Below, one piece after another: positions 47,925 through 57,778 of a stretch of DNA of 64,000 nt. Source of the DNA: Candidatus Moraniibacteriota bacterium. Lineage in GTDB: Bacteria; Patescibacteriota; Minisyncoccia; Moranbacterales; UBA1568. The position numbers were made by a program, and so were the translations under genes. The notes beneath the pieces are model-generated. The model saw nothing but the letters and a program-made list of their open reading frames with translations, ran no database searches and was not told where the DNA came from. The first letter of the stretch is position 1, and each line of letters starts with the position of its first letter. The stretch spans positions 69,010 to 133,009 of the forward strand of contig JAUSGT010000001.1 in NCBI GenBank assembly GCA_030648835.1. The letters run 5' to 3'.

Positions 47925-47952
47925 CCAATCCAACAAAAACTCAAGAAAAAAA

Positions 47953-48213
47953 ATGAGCTATTATCTCTATATTCTCAAATGTGCGGATGGGACGTTGTAT
48001 ACGGGAATCACCGTTGATTTGAAGAGAAGAATTATCGAACACAATAGTTCGGCGCTCGGAGCGAAGTACACGCGGGGTCGTCGGCCGGTCACACTTATTT
48101 TTTCCAAAAAATTTCGCACGCGTTCCACTGCATCCGTTGCCGAATCCCGTATCAAGAAACTTTCTCGCGAAGAAAAACTCGATGTAGTAAAAAAATATGC
48201 AGATCGAATATGA
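47953..48213 (+). CDS. GIY-YIG nuclease superfamily protein (UPF0213-like)
   Basis: YYLYILKCADGTLYTGITVDLKRRIIEHN. Confidence 0.75.
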   Translation: MSYYLYILKCADGTLYTGITVDLKRRIIEHNSSALGAKYTRGRRPVTLIFSKKFRTRSTASVAESRIKKLSREEKLDVVKKYADRI

Positions 48214-48775
48214 GGCGACGTTTCCAGATGTAGAGAAGGAAGTCGTGCGCGAAAAATTGAAACAAGCCGGAGCGGTTTTGGTGCGGCCGGAATTCTTGCA
48301 GAAGCGGGTGGTATTCGATATGCCTCTCGGGCATGAGCTTGCCGGCGGCTGGGTGCGGGTACGCGATGAGGGAGACAGAGTGACTATGAGCATCAAGATC
48401 GTGAGCGGCGATAAGATAGACGATCAGAAAGAAATGTGTCTCACAGTGGATAGTTTCGAACAAGGGGAAGCATTTCTCACGACGCTCGGATGCCGGAAAA
48501 AATCGTACCAGGAAACCAAGCGTGAACTGTGGACGCTCGATGGTACGGAGATCACCATTGATGAGTGGCCGTTTCTCAATCCATTTGTCGAAGTGGAAGG
48601 TAAGTCCGAAGCAATGGTGAAACGAGTGGCGGAGCGCATCGGTTTCGATTATCGGCAAGCGCTTTTCGGAGCGGTGGATGTACTCTATATAAGGCAGTAT
48701 CCGCATCTGACTTTCAAGCGTATCAACAAAACGCCGCGCATCGTTTTCGCTGGTGAAAATTCTTTTCTCAATTAG
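48197..48775 (+). CDS. CYTH-domain (triphosphate tunnel metalloenzyme) protein
   Basis: N-terminal MQIEYEATF (EXEXK-like), RVR...ExK pattern and the length. 17-nt overlap with the GIY-YIG gene. Confidence 0.65.
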   Translation: MQIEYEATFPDVEKEVVREKLKQAGAVLVRPEFLQKRVVFDMPLGHELAGGWVRVRDEGDRVTMSIKIVSGDKIDDQKEMCLTVDSFEQGEAFLTTLGCRKKSYQETKRELWTLDGTEITIDEWPFLNPFVEVEGKSEAMVKRVAERIGFDYRQALFGAVDVLYIRQYPHLTFKRINKTPRIVFAGENSFLN

Positions 48776-48961
48776 AGAATTTTTGTTTTACATGTCAACG
48801 GCTCAAGGGAGCTGTTTTTTGGTGCACAAAGAGTGCATAACTTTTTGGCTTGTTCCACTCACATTGGCAGAAAATATTGCTATTTACGCTTCATATAAGC
48901 CTTCAAACGCCTGTTTATCAGGCGTTTTCTTTGCGTGTGATTTTGGGCATTTTCGGCGAGG

Positions 48962-49035
48962 TTGACGCTTTCCCAGAGAGTGGCGTAGAATGGGGACATA
49001 TTGAACTAAAGTGGGTTGAAGTGGGGAAAGCCATA
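48962..49035 (+). promoter_or_regulatory. Putative dcw promoter (TTGACG-18-TAGAAT) with TGGGN direct repeats (MraZ-box-like)
   Basis: TGGGG / TGGGT / TGGGG repeats, the last two exactly 10 bp apart, immediately downstream of the -10. Confidence 0.4.
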
Positions 49036-49135
49036 AAAACTTACGGCACACAACTTGTGACTCACAACGCAGTCATGTTGTGCATTTCAAGAATATAAGG
49101 ATTTGTTTCCGATTGTTGGTCGTCAGTAAAAAATT

Positions 49136-49570
49136 ATGTTCATCGGAGAATACTCACACACGATCGATCCCAAAAAGCGCCTGGCGCTTCCTTCAAAGTT
49201 CCGAGGCGAATTGGGAAACAAAGTGGTGGTGACGCGCGGACTGGATTCCTGTCTCTTCGTCTATCCGATGAAAGTGTGGGAAGAACTGGCGGCGAAGATC
49301 GGTACTCTGCCGGTGGGTGGAGCGGGGACACGCAGTTTCACTCGGCTGATGCTCGCCGGCGCCACGGATGTGGAACTGGATAGTCAGGGGCGGGTACTCC
49401 TTCCGGAATATCTGAAGCAAGACGGCGGACTGAAAAAAGATGTTACCATCGTGGGGCTCTACAACCGTTTGGAAATCTGGGATACGAACAAATGGAATAA
49501 GTATAAATCGCAAGCGGAAAAGAATACCGGAAAGATTGCCGAAGAGTTGGGCAAGTTGGGAGTGTACTGA
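49136..49570 (+). CDS. mraZ: Transcriptional regulator MraZ
   Basis: MFIGEYSHTIDPKKRLALPSKFR... with the duplicated DXXXR motif. Confidence 0.9.
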   Translation: MFIGEYSHTIDPKKRLALPSKFRGELGNKVVVTRGLDSCLFVYPMKVWEELAAKIGTLPVGGAGTRSFTRLMLAGATDVELDSQGRVLLPEYLKQDGGLKKDVTIVGLYNRLEIWDTNKWNKYKSQAEKNTGKIAEELGKLGVY

Positions 49571-49692
49571 CATTTAATACCTAATATCTAATACCTAATA
49601 AAAATCAAACATCAAAATTCAAAATGAGAAGGGCGATTCAAAAATCAAACATCAAAGTTTAGCAAGAATAAATTTTTAAGTTTGAGGGTTGG

Positions 49693-50691
49693 ATGAAGAG
49701 TATGAAGGAAACGTTGCATGTGCCAGTTCTTTTGCAAGCAGCAGTTGCCGGGCTCGAGGTACTGCCGGGGTCTGTTGTCGTTGACGCGACGCTCGGCGGC
49801 GGGGGACATACGCGCGAAATCCTCAGGCGTGTGTCTCCCGGAGGCTCGGTCATCGCATTGGATACTGATGCCGATGCTCTCGATCATTTTCGCAAAGCGG
49901 CTCGGTCCGATGAGTTTCTTGCCAAGGCGCTCGCGAAGCGCTCGCTCATACTCGTGCACAAGAATTATTCTTTATTGGGAGGGGTGCTCGAGGATGAGGG
50001 AATCGAGACGGTAGATGCCATTTTGGCCGATCTGGGATTTTCTTCGGATCAAATCGAGGATGGCGAACGGGGGTTCAGTTTTCAGAAGAGTGGCCCACTC
50101 GATATGCGGCTCGACCAGGAAACAGAGCTCACGGCAGGGACGATAGTGAACACGTTTTCACAAGGAGAGATTGAAAAGATTCTCCGTGAGTACGGAGATG
50201 AGAGTGAGAGCCGGCGTATCGCGAGAGCCATCGTCGTAGCGCGGGAAAAGAAACCCTTCGTGATGACTAGCGAGCTTTCGGAGATAATCGAGAGCGCGTA
50301 TCCGAAAGGCAAACGTTATCGATCCGTTCGACCAGGCTCACGGCAAGGAAGCATTCACCCGGCGACCAAGACTTTTCAGGCGCTCCGCATCGCGGTCAAT
50401 CGGGAATTCGAGCATTTGGAGCAGTTCCTTTCGGAAGCGGTGAAACATTTGCGCCCAGGCGGACGGTTGGCGGTTATCACGTTTCATTCCGGCGAAGATC
50501 GCATTGTGCAGCAATTTTTCAAGAAACAGATTCAAGGTTGCATTTGTCCTCCGGGGTTTCCCCTCTGTCGTTGCGGAAAGAAATCCATTCTCAAGATACT
50601 GACGAAGAAGCCAATTGCACCGGATGATCAGGAAGTGAAAGACAATCCGCGCTCGCGCAGTGCCAAGCTCCGCATCGCGGAAAAACTCTGA
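49693..50691 (+). CDS. rsmH: 16S rRNA m4C1402 methyltransferase
   Basis: HVPVLLQ...VDATLGGGGH are RsmH/MraW motifs. Confidence 0.9.
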   Translation: MKSMKETLHVPVLLQAAVAGLEVLPGSVVVDATLGGGGHTREILRRVSPGGSVIALDTDADALDHFRKAARSDEFLAKALAKRSLILVHKNYSLLGGVLEDEGIETVDAILADLGFSSDQIEDGERGFSFQKSGPLDMRLDQETELTAGTIVNTFSQGEIEKILREYGDESESRRIARAIVVAREKKPFVMTSELSEIIESAYPKGKRYRSVRPGSRQGSIHPATKTFQALRIAVNREFEHLEQFLSEAVKHLRPGGRLAVITFHSGEDRIVQQFFKKQIQGCICPPGFPLCRCGKKSILKILTKKPIAPDDQEVKDNPRSRSAKLRIAEKL

Positions 50692-50744
50692 GGAGCGATC
50701 GGAAAAGAGCAATTTCTCTCAAAAAACCCTCCTTCGCTAAAGCT

Positions 50745-51185
50745 ATGGACGGGCAGGCAAAAATAAATATACAATTTATGCGCGCGTACTCTCGTCAAAC
50801 GAGTGACGTCTCATTCACGAGACAGAAAAAAGGGCTTCCCTCGGAACTCGCGGGTTCGGTGCATATGCCGCTCTTGGGAGTACTTATGGCAGTCTTTGTC
50901 ATCGGCGGGTGTTACCTGTATTACGTCAATCGGAGCGCGGTGCAAGGCTACCATTTGCGGACTTTGGAAAAAGAGATAAGCACGTTGAAACAAGAGAACG
51001 CGGAATTGAAGATTTCGGAAGCCGATCTCAGGTCACTCTATCGGATCGAAGCCTCGGGAGAGGAACTTCACATGCAGAAATTCGATACGGTGACATATCT
51101 TGAAGAGCGCACTCCGGCCTCACTGGCTACCTCGGATCGACCGAGTCAAGATCAGAGTCTGGGCGGGCCGGTGGCTCTGAAGTAG
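50745..51185 (+). CDS. FtsL-like cell division protein (tentative)
   Basis: Its position between rsmH and ftsI, a single TM helix and a coiled-coil (LEKEISTLKQENAELK). Confidence 0.5.
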   Translation: MDGQAKINIQFMRAYSRQTSDVSFTRQKKGLPSELAGSVHMPLLGVLMAVFVIGGCYLYYVNRSAVQGYHLRTLEKEISTLKQENAELKISEADLRSLYRIEASGEELHMQKFDTVTYLEERTPASLATSDRPSQDQSLGGPVALK

Positions 51186-51304
51186 ATGAAGAGTCTGTTC
51201 AAAATCTCCATATTCTGCCGCGAATCATAAATTTCGGTTATCGGTTTCGGTAGCGAGACGGGTAAGCTCCGGATAGGGATTTTTTAAAGAGACTCTGAAG
51301 GAAT

Positions 51305-53080
51305 ATGCGCATTTCCGGAAATCTACGATCAAAAACAGGGAAAAAAGAGAACGGCGTCCGGAGCGGGCAAGGGCGGATGTGGATACTCCAGGCCGCTATT
51401 TTTTTTGTTGGTTTGGTTTTGATTTTTCGTTTGTATTTTATCCAGGTTGTAAGTCACGACAAGTGGGTGGCGATGGCAGAGGGGCAGTACAATGCTTTTC
51501 AAGAGTTGGCGGCTGATCGGGGGGAGATCTATATGCACGACGGAGAGGAGCGGTATCCTCTGGCGGTGAATCGCGAATATCAGATGGTGTATGTCTCGCC
51601 CAAAGATGTCGTGGAAAAAGATCGGGCAGCAGTGGAACTCTCCCGTATTCTGGGGGTAGATGCCTTGATGATTCGGGACAAGTTGGCCCTCGTGGATGAT
51701 CCTTTTGAAATCATCAAGAAGCGTTTGAGTGATGATGAAGTGGCACAGGTCAAAGAGCTCCGTCTGAAAGGTGTGGCGCTCATTCCGGAAAAATATCGGT
51801 ACTATCCGGCTGGAGAACTGGCTTCGCAGGTTATCGGTTTCGCGAGTCTGGGAGAACGGGGCGGCGCAGGCGGGTATGGGATAGAATCGTCCCAGGATGA
51901 TCGCTTGCGCGGCGCCGGAGGAACGGTATCGCAGGAAAAAGATGCCGCTGGGCGGTGGATCCCGCTTTCCGATCGCAACATCATTTTCCCCAGGAATGGC
52001 GACAGCTTGGTCCTGACGATCGATCGGGTCATTCAGTATGAGACGGAGAAGATATTGAAAGATTCCATGGAGAAATACGAGGCGGATAGCGCGTCGGCGA
52101 TTGTTATGGATCCCGCTAGCGGAGACATTCTTTCCATGGCGTCGGTTCCGCAGTTCGATCCCAACAACTATTCTCAGGTAGAAGATTATTCGGTGTTTAT
52201 GAATCAGACTGTCAGTATGACGTACGAGCCGGGGTCGGTGATGAAACCACTGGTGATGGCGATGGGTATCGAAGAAGGGAAAGTGACGCCGCAGTCGGAA
52301 TTTGTCGATACCGGTTCGGTGAGCGAAGCCGGCTATACCATCCACAATTCGGATAACAAAGTGTATGGCCGGAGCACCATGACCGAAGTTTTGAATCAGT
52401 CGATCAATACGGGGGTGATTTATGTGGAAAAGCTTTTGGGCAACAAGACGTTCGGCGAGTATTTCACGCGTTTCGGTTTTGGTGAACGGACGGGGATCGC
52501 TCTGCCGGCAGAACTGGCGGGGAATATAAAGAATCTCGACAATACGCGATCAACAATCAGTTTTTTTACCGCCGCGTTCGGTCAGGGTGTGACAACCACC
52601 CCGCTTCAGATGACCGCTGCCTATGCCGCGCTAGCCAACGGAGGCACGCTTTTCAAACCGCATATCATCGATACGGTCATTCACTCGGATGGGAGTGAGG
52701 AAAAAATCCAGCCGGAAATAGTTCGCCAAGTCGTGAGTGAGGAAACGAGCAAGACCATGGGGACTATGCTTCGGGACGTGGTGGTGAACGGTCACGGGAA
52801 ACGAGCCAATGTTCCGGGCTATCTGGTCGGTGGCAAGACCGGTACGGCGCAGGTGGCCAAAAACGATGCCAAGGGATATGAGGAGGGTATGAGTATCGGA
52901 TCGTTTATTGGGTACGCGCCAATCGATGATCCGCGTTTCGTCATATTGGTGAAGTTGGATAATCCGAAAAATGTGGAATGGGCCGAATCGAGCGCCGCTC
53001 CGACGTTTGGCGAGATTATGAAGTTTCTCTTGAGCTATGCCAAGATCAAGCCGACAGAAGTCACTGCCCCTATAAAGTAA
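51305..53080 (+). CDS. ftsI: Peptidoglycan D,D-transpeptidase FtsI / PBP2-type
   Basis: SVMKP (SxxK), SxN and KTGTA motifs. N-terminal TM anchor. Confidence 0.85.
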   Translation: MRISGNLRSKTGKKENGVRSGQGRMWILQAAIFFVGLVLIFRLYFIQVVSHDKWVAMAEGQYNAFQELAADRGEIYMHDGEERYPLAVNREYQMVYVSPKDVVEKDRAAVELSRILGVDALMIRDKLALVDDPFEIIKKRLSDDEVAQVKELRLKGVALIPEKYRYYPAGELASQVIGFASLGERGGAGGYGIESSQDDRLRGAGGTVSQEKDAAGRWIPLSDRNIIFPRNGDSLVLTIDRVIQYETEKILKDSMEKYEADSASAIVMDPASGDILSMASVPQFDPNNYSQVEDYSVFMNQTVSMTYEPGSVMKPLVMAMGIEEGKVTPQSEFVDTGSVSEAGYTIHNSDNKVYGRSTMTEVLNQSINTGVIYVEKLLGNKTFGEYFTRFGFGERTGIALPAELAGNIKNLDNTRSTISFFTAAFGQGVTTTPLQMTAAYAALANGGTLFKPHIIDTVIHSDGSEEKIQPEIVRQVVSEETSKTMGTMLRDVVVNGHGKRANVPGYLVGGKTGTAQVAKNDAKGYEEGMSIGSFIGYAPIDDPRFVILVKLDNPKNVEWAESSAAPTFGEIMKFLLSYAKIKPTEVTAPIK

Positions 53081-53095
53081 CTCCGGGTATGAAAT

Positions 53096-54409
53096 ATGAG
53101 TAAGAAAAAACTGCTTGAAAAAATGTTGCGTTTTATGGCGCGGATGGTCCTTCGAAAGTATCACCCGCTCATTATCGGTGTGACGGGTTCGGTAGGCAAG
53201 AGTCTGACCAAAGAGGCGGTGGCGCTCGTTGTTTCGCGGGCGTATGTCACGCGCAAAACGGAAGGCAATGACAACAATGAAATCGGCGTGCCTCTCACGA
53301 TTATCGGCGTCTCAAGCGTTGACGGATCATTGTTTCGTTTGGCTTTGATATTTTTTAGGTGGCTTTGGATGATGATGTATCCTACACGTTATCCGGAAGT
53401 CTTGGTGCTCGAAATGGGTATTGATCGTCCGGGAGATATGGACTATCTTCTGGAGTTCGTACCGGTAAAAATCGGCGTAGTGACCGGTGTGTCGGCCAGT
53501 CATTTGGCATTTTTCGGGACAATTGCAAACATCGCCAAGGAAAAAGGAAAGCTCGTAGCGTCTTTGCCGGAAGACGGTTATGCCATCCTCTCTGCCGATG
53601 ACAAACGAGTGGAAAAAATGCGAGAGAAAGCATCGGCCAAAACGATCACCTACGGTTTCGATACGGAGGCGATGATTCGCGTGGACCATCTGCTTTTTCA
53701 TCGTGATGCGAAACGTGTGGAAGGTTTCAGTTTCAAACTCAATTATAACGGGAAGACAATCCCGGTGCGTTTGCCAAAACTCGTGGCGCGTCATCACATC
53801 GCGGCGGCCTTGGCGGGAGCGGGAGTGGCGGTGGCGCTCAAGATGAATCTGGTGGAAATCGCGGAGGCGCTTGAGAATTTCGAGCCGCTTTCGGGACGTC
53901 TACGTTTACTTCCGGGGAAAGAGGGGATTATCCTTCTCGATGACACCTATAACGCATCGCCGGTGTCGGTTGTCGCCGCCCTGGATGTGGTGAAAGATCT
54001 GGTGGCGCCCCGCAAAGTATTGATTGTCGGCGATATGTTGGAATTGGGAGCCAATACGAAGCAGGAACATATGGCGCTCGCGACGGCGGTTCTGGAAGCG
54101 GGCGCGCATATTGTGGTGACTGTCGGAGAACATATGCGTTCACTTTTTGATGAGCTCTCCACCCTCGGTTTCTCGCACAAGCAGATGTTCTGGTTTCCCG
54201 ATCCGCTCTCGGTTCTTCAGAATCTGGAAAATATCGTCCGAGCAGAAGACCTCATTCTCATCAAAGGGTCGCAAAGCATGCGGATGGAAAAAATTACTGA
54301 AGCGCTGTTGGTCGATCCGCGGGAAGCAAAGACACTCCTCTGTCGGCAGTCGCGTGTATGGCAGGACAGACCGTTTGTGCCGCCGGCAGAGTGGACGAGC
54401 GAGGTATAG
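53096..54409 (+). CDS. murF: UDP-MurNAc-tripeptide--D-Ala-D-Ala ligase
   Basis: Mur ligase P-loop IGVTGSVGKS. DDTYNASP matches MurF (DDSYNANP) rather than MurE (DYAHTP). Confidence 0.7.
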   Translation: MSKKKLLEKMLRFMARMVLRKYHPLIIGVTGSVGKSLTKEAVALVVSRAYVTRKTEGNDNNEIGVPLTIIGVSSVDGSLFRLALIFFRWLWMMMYPTRYPEVLVLEMGIDRPGDMDYLLEFVPVKIGVVTGVSASHLAFFGTIANIAKEKGKLVASLPEDGYAILSADDKRVEKMREKASAKTITYGFDTEAMIRVDHLLFHRDAKRVEGFSFKLNYNGKTIPVRLPKLVARHHIAAALAGAGVAVALKMNLVEIAEALENFEPLSGRLRLLPGKEGIILLDDTYNASPVSVVAALDVVKDLVAPRKVLIVGDMLELGANTKQEHMALATAVLEAGAHIVVTVGEHMRSLFDELSTLGFSHKQMFWFPDPLSVLQNLENIVRAEDLILIKGSQSMRMEKITEALLVDPREAKTLLCRQSRVWQDRPFVPPAEWTSEV

Positions 54410-54519
54410 TACTGTTGACAGGCGCTTCTTGCGCGCCTCGAGAAAAAACGTTATTATATTTGTGAGGGAGCAGGTCAATCTCCTTTACAGTAAATGCTTA
54501 ATCCGTACAATCAAGTCTT

Positions 54520-54897
54520 ATGACAGACAATGTGAAGGACAAGGATTTTATCGAGTATGCGGTCAAGATGCTCGTGGATAATCCGGACGATGTGAAGGTG
54601 GAAAGGAAGATAGATGAGATGGGGGTGCTCATAACGCTCGATGTGAATCCCAAGGATATGGGAATGGTCATCGGTCGCGAGGGGATGACTGCCAAGGCGC
54701 TCCGCACGCTCCTGCGTGTCATCGGAGCTCGCAACAACGCGCGTGTCAATTTGAAAATCAATGAGCCGGAAGGTTCCGAGCGTCCGCCCCGCGAACCGCG
54801 TGAATTTCGCGGCGCAGTGCGCGAAGAGCGAGTAGCTCCAGCCGCGCCGGAAGAGAAGAAGACCCTCGATGATGTGATGAACGACATCCAGATCTAG
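54520..54897 (+). CDS. KH-domain RNA-binding protein (KhpA-like) with C-terminal extension
   Basis: VKMLVDNPDDVKV...DMGMVIGREGMTAKALRTLL is a KH fold. Confidence 0.7.
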   Translation: MTDNVKDKDFIEYAVKMLVDNPDDVKVERKIDEMGVLITLDVNPKDMGMVIGREGMTAKALRTLLRVIGARNNARVNLKINEPEGSERPPREPREFRGAVREERVAPAAPEEKKTLDDVMNDIQI

Positions 54898-54917
54898 CTA
54901 TTTTTGTGAAATAAAAA

Positions 54918-54948
54918 AGCCGCTCCAGAAAGAGCGGCTTTTGCTTTT
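54918..54948 (+). terminator. Rho-independent terminator
   Basis: AGCCGCTC cagaaa GAGCGGCT then TTTGCTTTT. Confidence 0.6.
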
Positions 54949-55537
54949 CTTGAGAGGGTATCTTACAATGGAGAGTATGCATACAGAAAAAACGGCATTA
55001 GAGGGGGTAGTGATCATCGAACCGGATGTCTTCGCGGATGAACGGGGGTATTTTTTTGAGATGGCAGAGGAAAAAAGATATCAAGAGATCTTGGGAGTGG
55101 GGGTCACATTCGTTCAGGACAATCTTTCCGTATCCAATAAAAATGTTTTGCGGGGACTGCATTACCAGGTGCCACCGTTCGCTCAGGGAAAACTGGTGCA
55201 GGTCTTGCGAGGCAAAGTACTCGATGTGGTTCTGGATGTGCGTTTTGGTTCACCGACCTTTGGCAAACATATCACGATGGAACTTTCCGATGAAAATCAC
55301 CGCCAGTTATTTATTCCCGTTGGTTTCGCTCACGGATTCTTGGCGCAAACCGATAGTGTCATTTTTTCTTACAAGTGTACGAATTTTTATTCCAAAGAGC
55401 ATGAGCGCGGCATTCTGTGGAATGACCCGGCTCTCGGTATAGAATGGGGTATTGATAATCCTCTGGTCTCTGATAAGGATAAGGTTTTGCCGTTGTTAAA
55501 AGATATTGCGAAGGAATTTGTTTTTAAGACCAATTAA
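54941..55537 (+). CDS. rfbC: dTDP-4-dehydrorhamnose 3,5-epimerase
   Basis: RmlC cupin motifs (GVVIIEPDVFADERGYFFE...RGLHYQ). The start could be the internal ATG at 54968. Confidence 0.9.
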   Translation: MLFLRGYLTMESMHTEKTALEGVVIIEPDVFADERGYFFEMAEEKRYQEILGVGVTFVQDNLSVSNKNVLRGLHYQVPPFAQGKLVQVLRGKVLDVVLDVRFGSPTFGKHITMELSDENHRQLFIPVGFAHGFLAQTDSVIFSYKCTNFYSKEHERGILWNDPALGIEWGIDNPLVSDKDKVLPLLKDIAKEFVFKTN

Positions 55538-55633
55538 TTTTCTTGTCATCCTCGGGCTTGACCCGGGGATCCAGAATATGTTTGTGTAACCTGGATTCCC
55601 GCTTGCGCGGGAATGACAAAAGAAAAATCTTTT

Positions 55634-56635
55634 ATGAAATTACTTATCACCGGTGGAGCCGGCTTTATTGGTTCCAATTTCATTCATTACATTTTGAAAA
55701 AGTATCCCGATTATCAAGTGGTCAATCTGGATGCTTTGACATACGCCGGAAATTTGGAGAATCTCAAAGTTTGGGAAGGTGACGAGCGTTACCGCTTTGT
55801 CAAAGGCGACATCACTGATATGACAGCGGTCGGACCGCTGATGGAAGAGTGCGACGTTGTCGTCCACTTTGCGGCGGAGTCGCACGTAGATCGCTCCATT
55901 ATGGATCCGGGTGTTTTTATCGAGACGAATGTCCGCGGAACCCTCGTCCTCTTGGAAGCCGCCAGGAAATACGACAAGCGTTTCCATCATATTTCGACCG
56001 ATGAGGTCTTCGGCGCCTTGGAACCTGGCGACAAGCCGTTCAATGAAGAGACGCCGTATGACCCACGCAGTCCCTACAGCGCTTCCAAGGCCAGTGCCGA
56101 TCATTTGGTACGCGCCTATTTTCATACCTATGGCTTGCCTATCACTATTTCCAACTGTTCCAATAATTATGGACCGTATCATTTTCCGGAAAAATTGATC
56201 CCGCTGGCTGTTACCAATTTGCTCGAAGGAAAAAAAGTTCCGGTGTACGGTGATGGCCTGCAAGTGCGCGATTGGCTCTTCGTGGAAGATCATTGTAAAG
56301 CCATAGATGTGATTCTTCATCAAGGAAAAATTGGCGAGACCTACTGTATTGGCGGAGGAAGTGAGCGGGAAAACATTTGGATCGTAAAAAAACTGATTGA
56401 GATGCTCAGCAAAGACGAGAGCTCCATAGAATACGTAGAAGATAGGCCGGGACACGACCGGCGCTACGCGATGAATTATTCCAAAATCGAGCGCGAGCTC
56501 GGTTGGCGACCGGAAACAAATTTGGAAGTTGGACTTCCAAAAACTGTGGAGTGGTTTCGAGAGAATGAATCTTGGTGGAAAGGCGTTAAATCGGGTGATT
56601 ATCAAAAATACTACGAAAAACAGTATGGCAAGTAA
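55634..56635 (+). CDS. rfbB: dTDP-glucose 4,6-dehydratase
   Basis: MKLLITGGAGFIGSNF Rossmann motif and YSASKASADH catalytic motif. Internal ATG of the 55613 ORF. Confidence 0.9.
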   Translation: MKLLITGGAGFIGSNFIHYILKKYPDYQVVNLDALTYAGNLENLKVWEGDERYRFVKGDITDMTAVGPLMEECDVVVHFAAESHVDRSIMDPGVFIETNVRGTLVLLEAARKYDKRFHHISTDEVFGALEPGDKPFNEETPYDPRSPYSASKASADHLVRAYFHTYGLPITISNCSNNYGPYHFPEKLIPLAVTNLLEGKKVPVYGDGLQVRDWLFVEDHCKAIDVILHQGKIGETYCIGGGSERENIWIVKKLIEMLSKDESSIEYVEDRPGHDRRYAMNYSKIERELGWRPETNLEVGLPKTVEWFRENESWWKGVKSGDYQKYYEKQYGK

Positions 56636-57596
56636 AAAGGTCTTGATTTTGGGGGCAAGAGGAATGTTGGGACAGGAGCTCGTAAGAGTTTTTTCTTTAG
56701 ACGAGCAATATGAAGTAGCGGGGTGGGATCGGGAAGATATTGATATCACGGACTTTGCAGCGGCGGAAGAAAAGGTTCGAGCGTATAAGCCGGAGATTAT
56801 TGTGAATGCTGTCGCGTACAATGCGGTAGATGTCTGTGAAGAAAATGATGAGGAATATAAGAAGGCTCTTCTTCTCAACGTCGAAGTGCCGAAGTTTCTG
56901 GCGCGCGTGACGAAAGAGATAGGGGCGACACTGATACACTACTCGACGGATTATGTTTTTGATGGCGCTTTGGAAGGAACAAAAAAAGAAGCGGGCGGTT
57001 GCGCGACAGGAAGTTGTTGCGGTGGCAATTGTCACGGTAAGGTGGAGGCAGGCTATGATGAGGCCGCTTTGCCAAACCCACTTTCGCGTTATGGGATGAG
57101 CAAATACTTGGGTGAGCGGGAGGTACAAAAAGAAGCGGAGAAATACTATTTGATTCGTCTCTCCAAACTTTTTGGTAAAGCAGCGGCTAGCGCAATCGCC
57201 AAAAAGAGTTTTTTTGAGAAAATGTTTAACATTGCCCGCCTTGCCGAAGAGGGCAAGTCGAGGCAGGCGCAAGAGAAGTCAGAAGTAACCGTCGTAAATG
57301 ACGAGAAGAGTTGTTTTACCTATGCGCCTGACTTGGCTGTGGCTACGAAGGAGCTTGTCGAATCGGGGGACAGTTTCGGCATATATCACCTGGCAAATAG
57401 CGGAGCCGCTACCTGGTATGAAGGTGCTCGAGAGCTCTATGCACAGGCTCATATTGGGGTTACAATACAGCCTGTAGGGAGTGATGCTTTTCCGAGCAAA
57501 GCTCTCCGTCCGAAGTGTTCCGTTTTGCTCAATACTAAACGTCCGCCTCTTCGGCCGTACCAGGAAGCATTAGGTGAATACTTAAAAAATATCTGA
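56625..57596 (+). CDS. rfbD: dTDP-4-dehydrorhamnose reductase (with Cys/Gly-rich insertion)
   Basis: MASKKVLILGARGMLGQ and the RmlD framework. Unusual insert GGCATGSCCGGNCHGKVEAG around nt 57000-57060. Confidence 0.8.
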   Translation: MASKKVLILGARGMLGQELVRVFSLDEQYEVAGWDREDIDITDFAAAEEKVRAYKPEIIVNAVAYNAVDVCEENDEEYKKALLLNVEVPKFLARVTKEIGATLIHYSTDYVFDGALEGTKKEAGGCATGSCCGGNCHGKVEAGYDEAALPNPLSRYGMSKYLGEREVQKEAEKYYLIRLSKLFGKAAASAIAKKSFFEKMFNIARLAEEGKSRQAQEKSEVTVVNDEKSCFTYAPDLAVATKELVESGDSFGIYHLANSGAATWYEGARELYAQAHIGVTIQPVGSDAFPSKALRPKCSVLLNTKRPPLRPYQEALGEYLKNI

Positions 57597-57629
57597 GTAT
57601 GGTGTAGAATGTCAAAATCCAAATTTTAA

Positions 57630-57649
57630 ATGCCAAGTCCCTGCCTGTC
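57630..57649. repeat. Family-B GC-rich palindrome copy (CCTGCCTGTCGGCAGACAGG) inside a ~140-bp AT-rich inverted-repeat element
   Basis: An imperfect dyad related to 12877..12898, flanked by GTCAAAATCCAAAT / ATTTGGATTTTGA inverted repeats (57609-57750). Confidence 0.45.
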
Positions 57650-57778
57650 GGCAGACAGGAAATTCGAAGAACAAATGTTCAAAAAGTTGGTTTTGGGATT
57701 CTGAAATTTAGTCATTGATTTGATATTTGGATTTTGAGTTTTGACATTTTCTTTATATTTACAGTTTAATTTTGTCTT

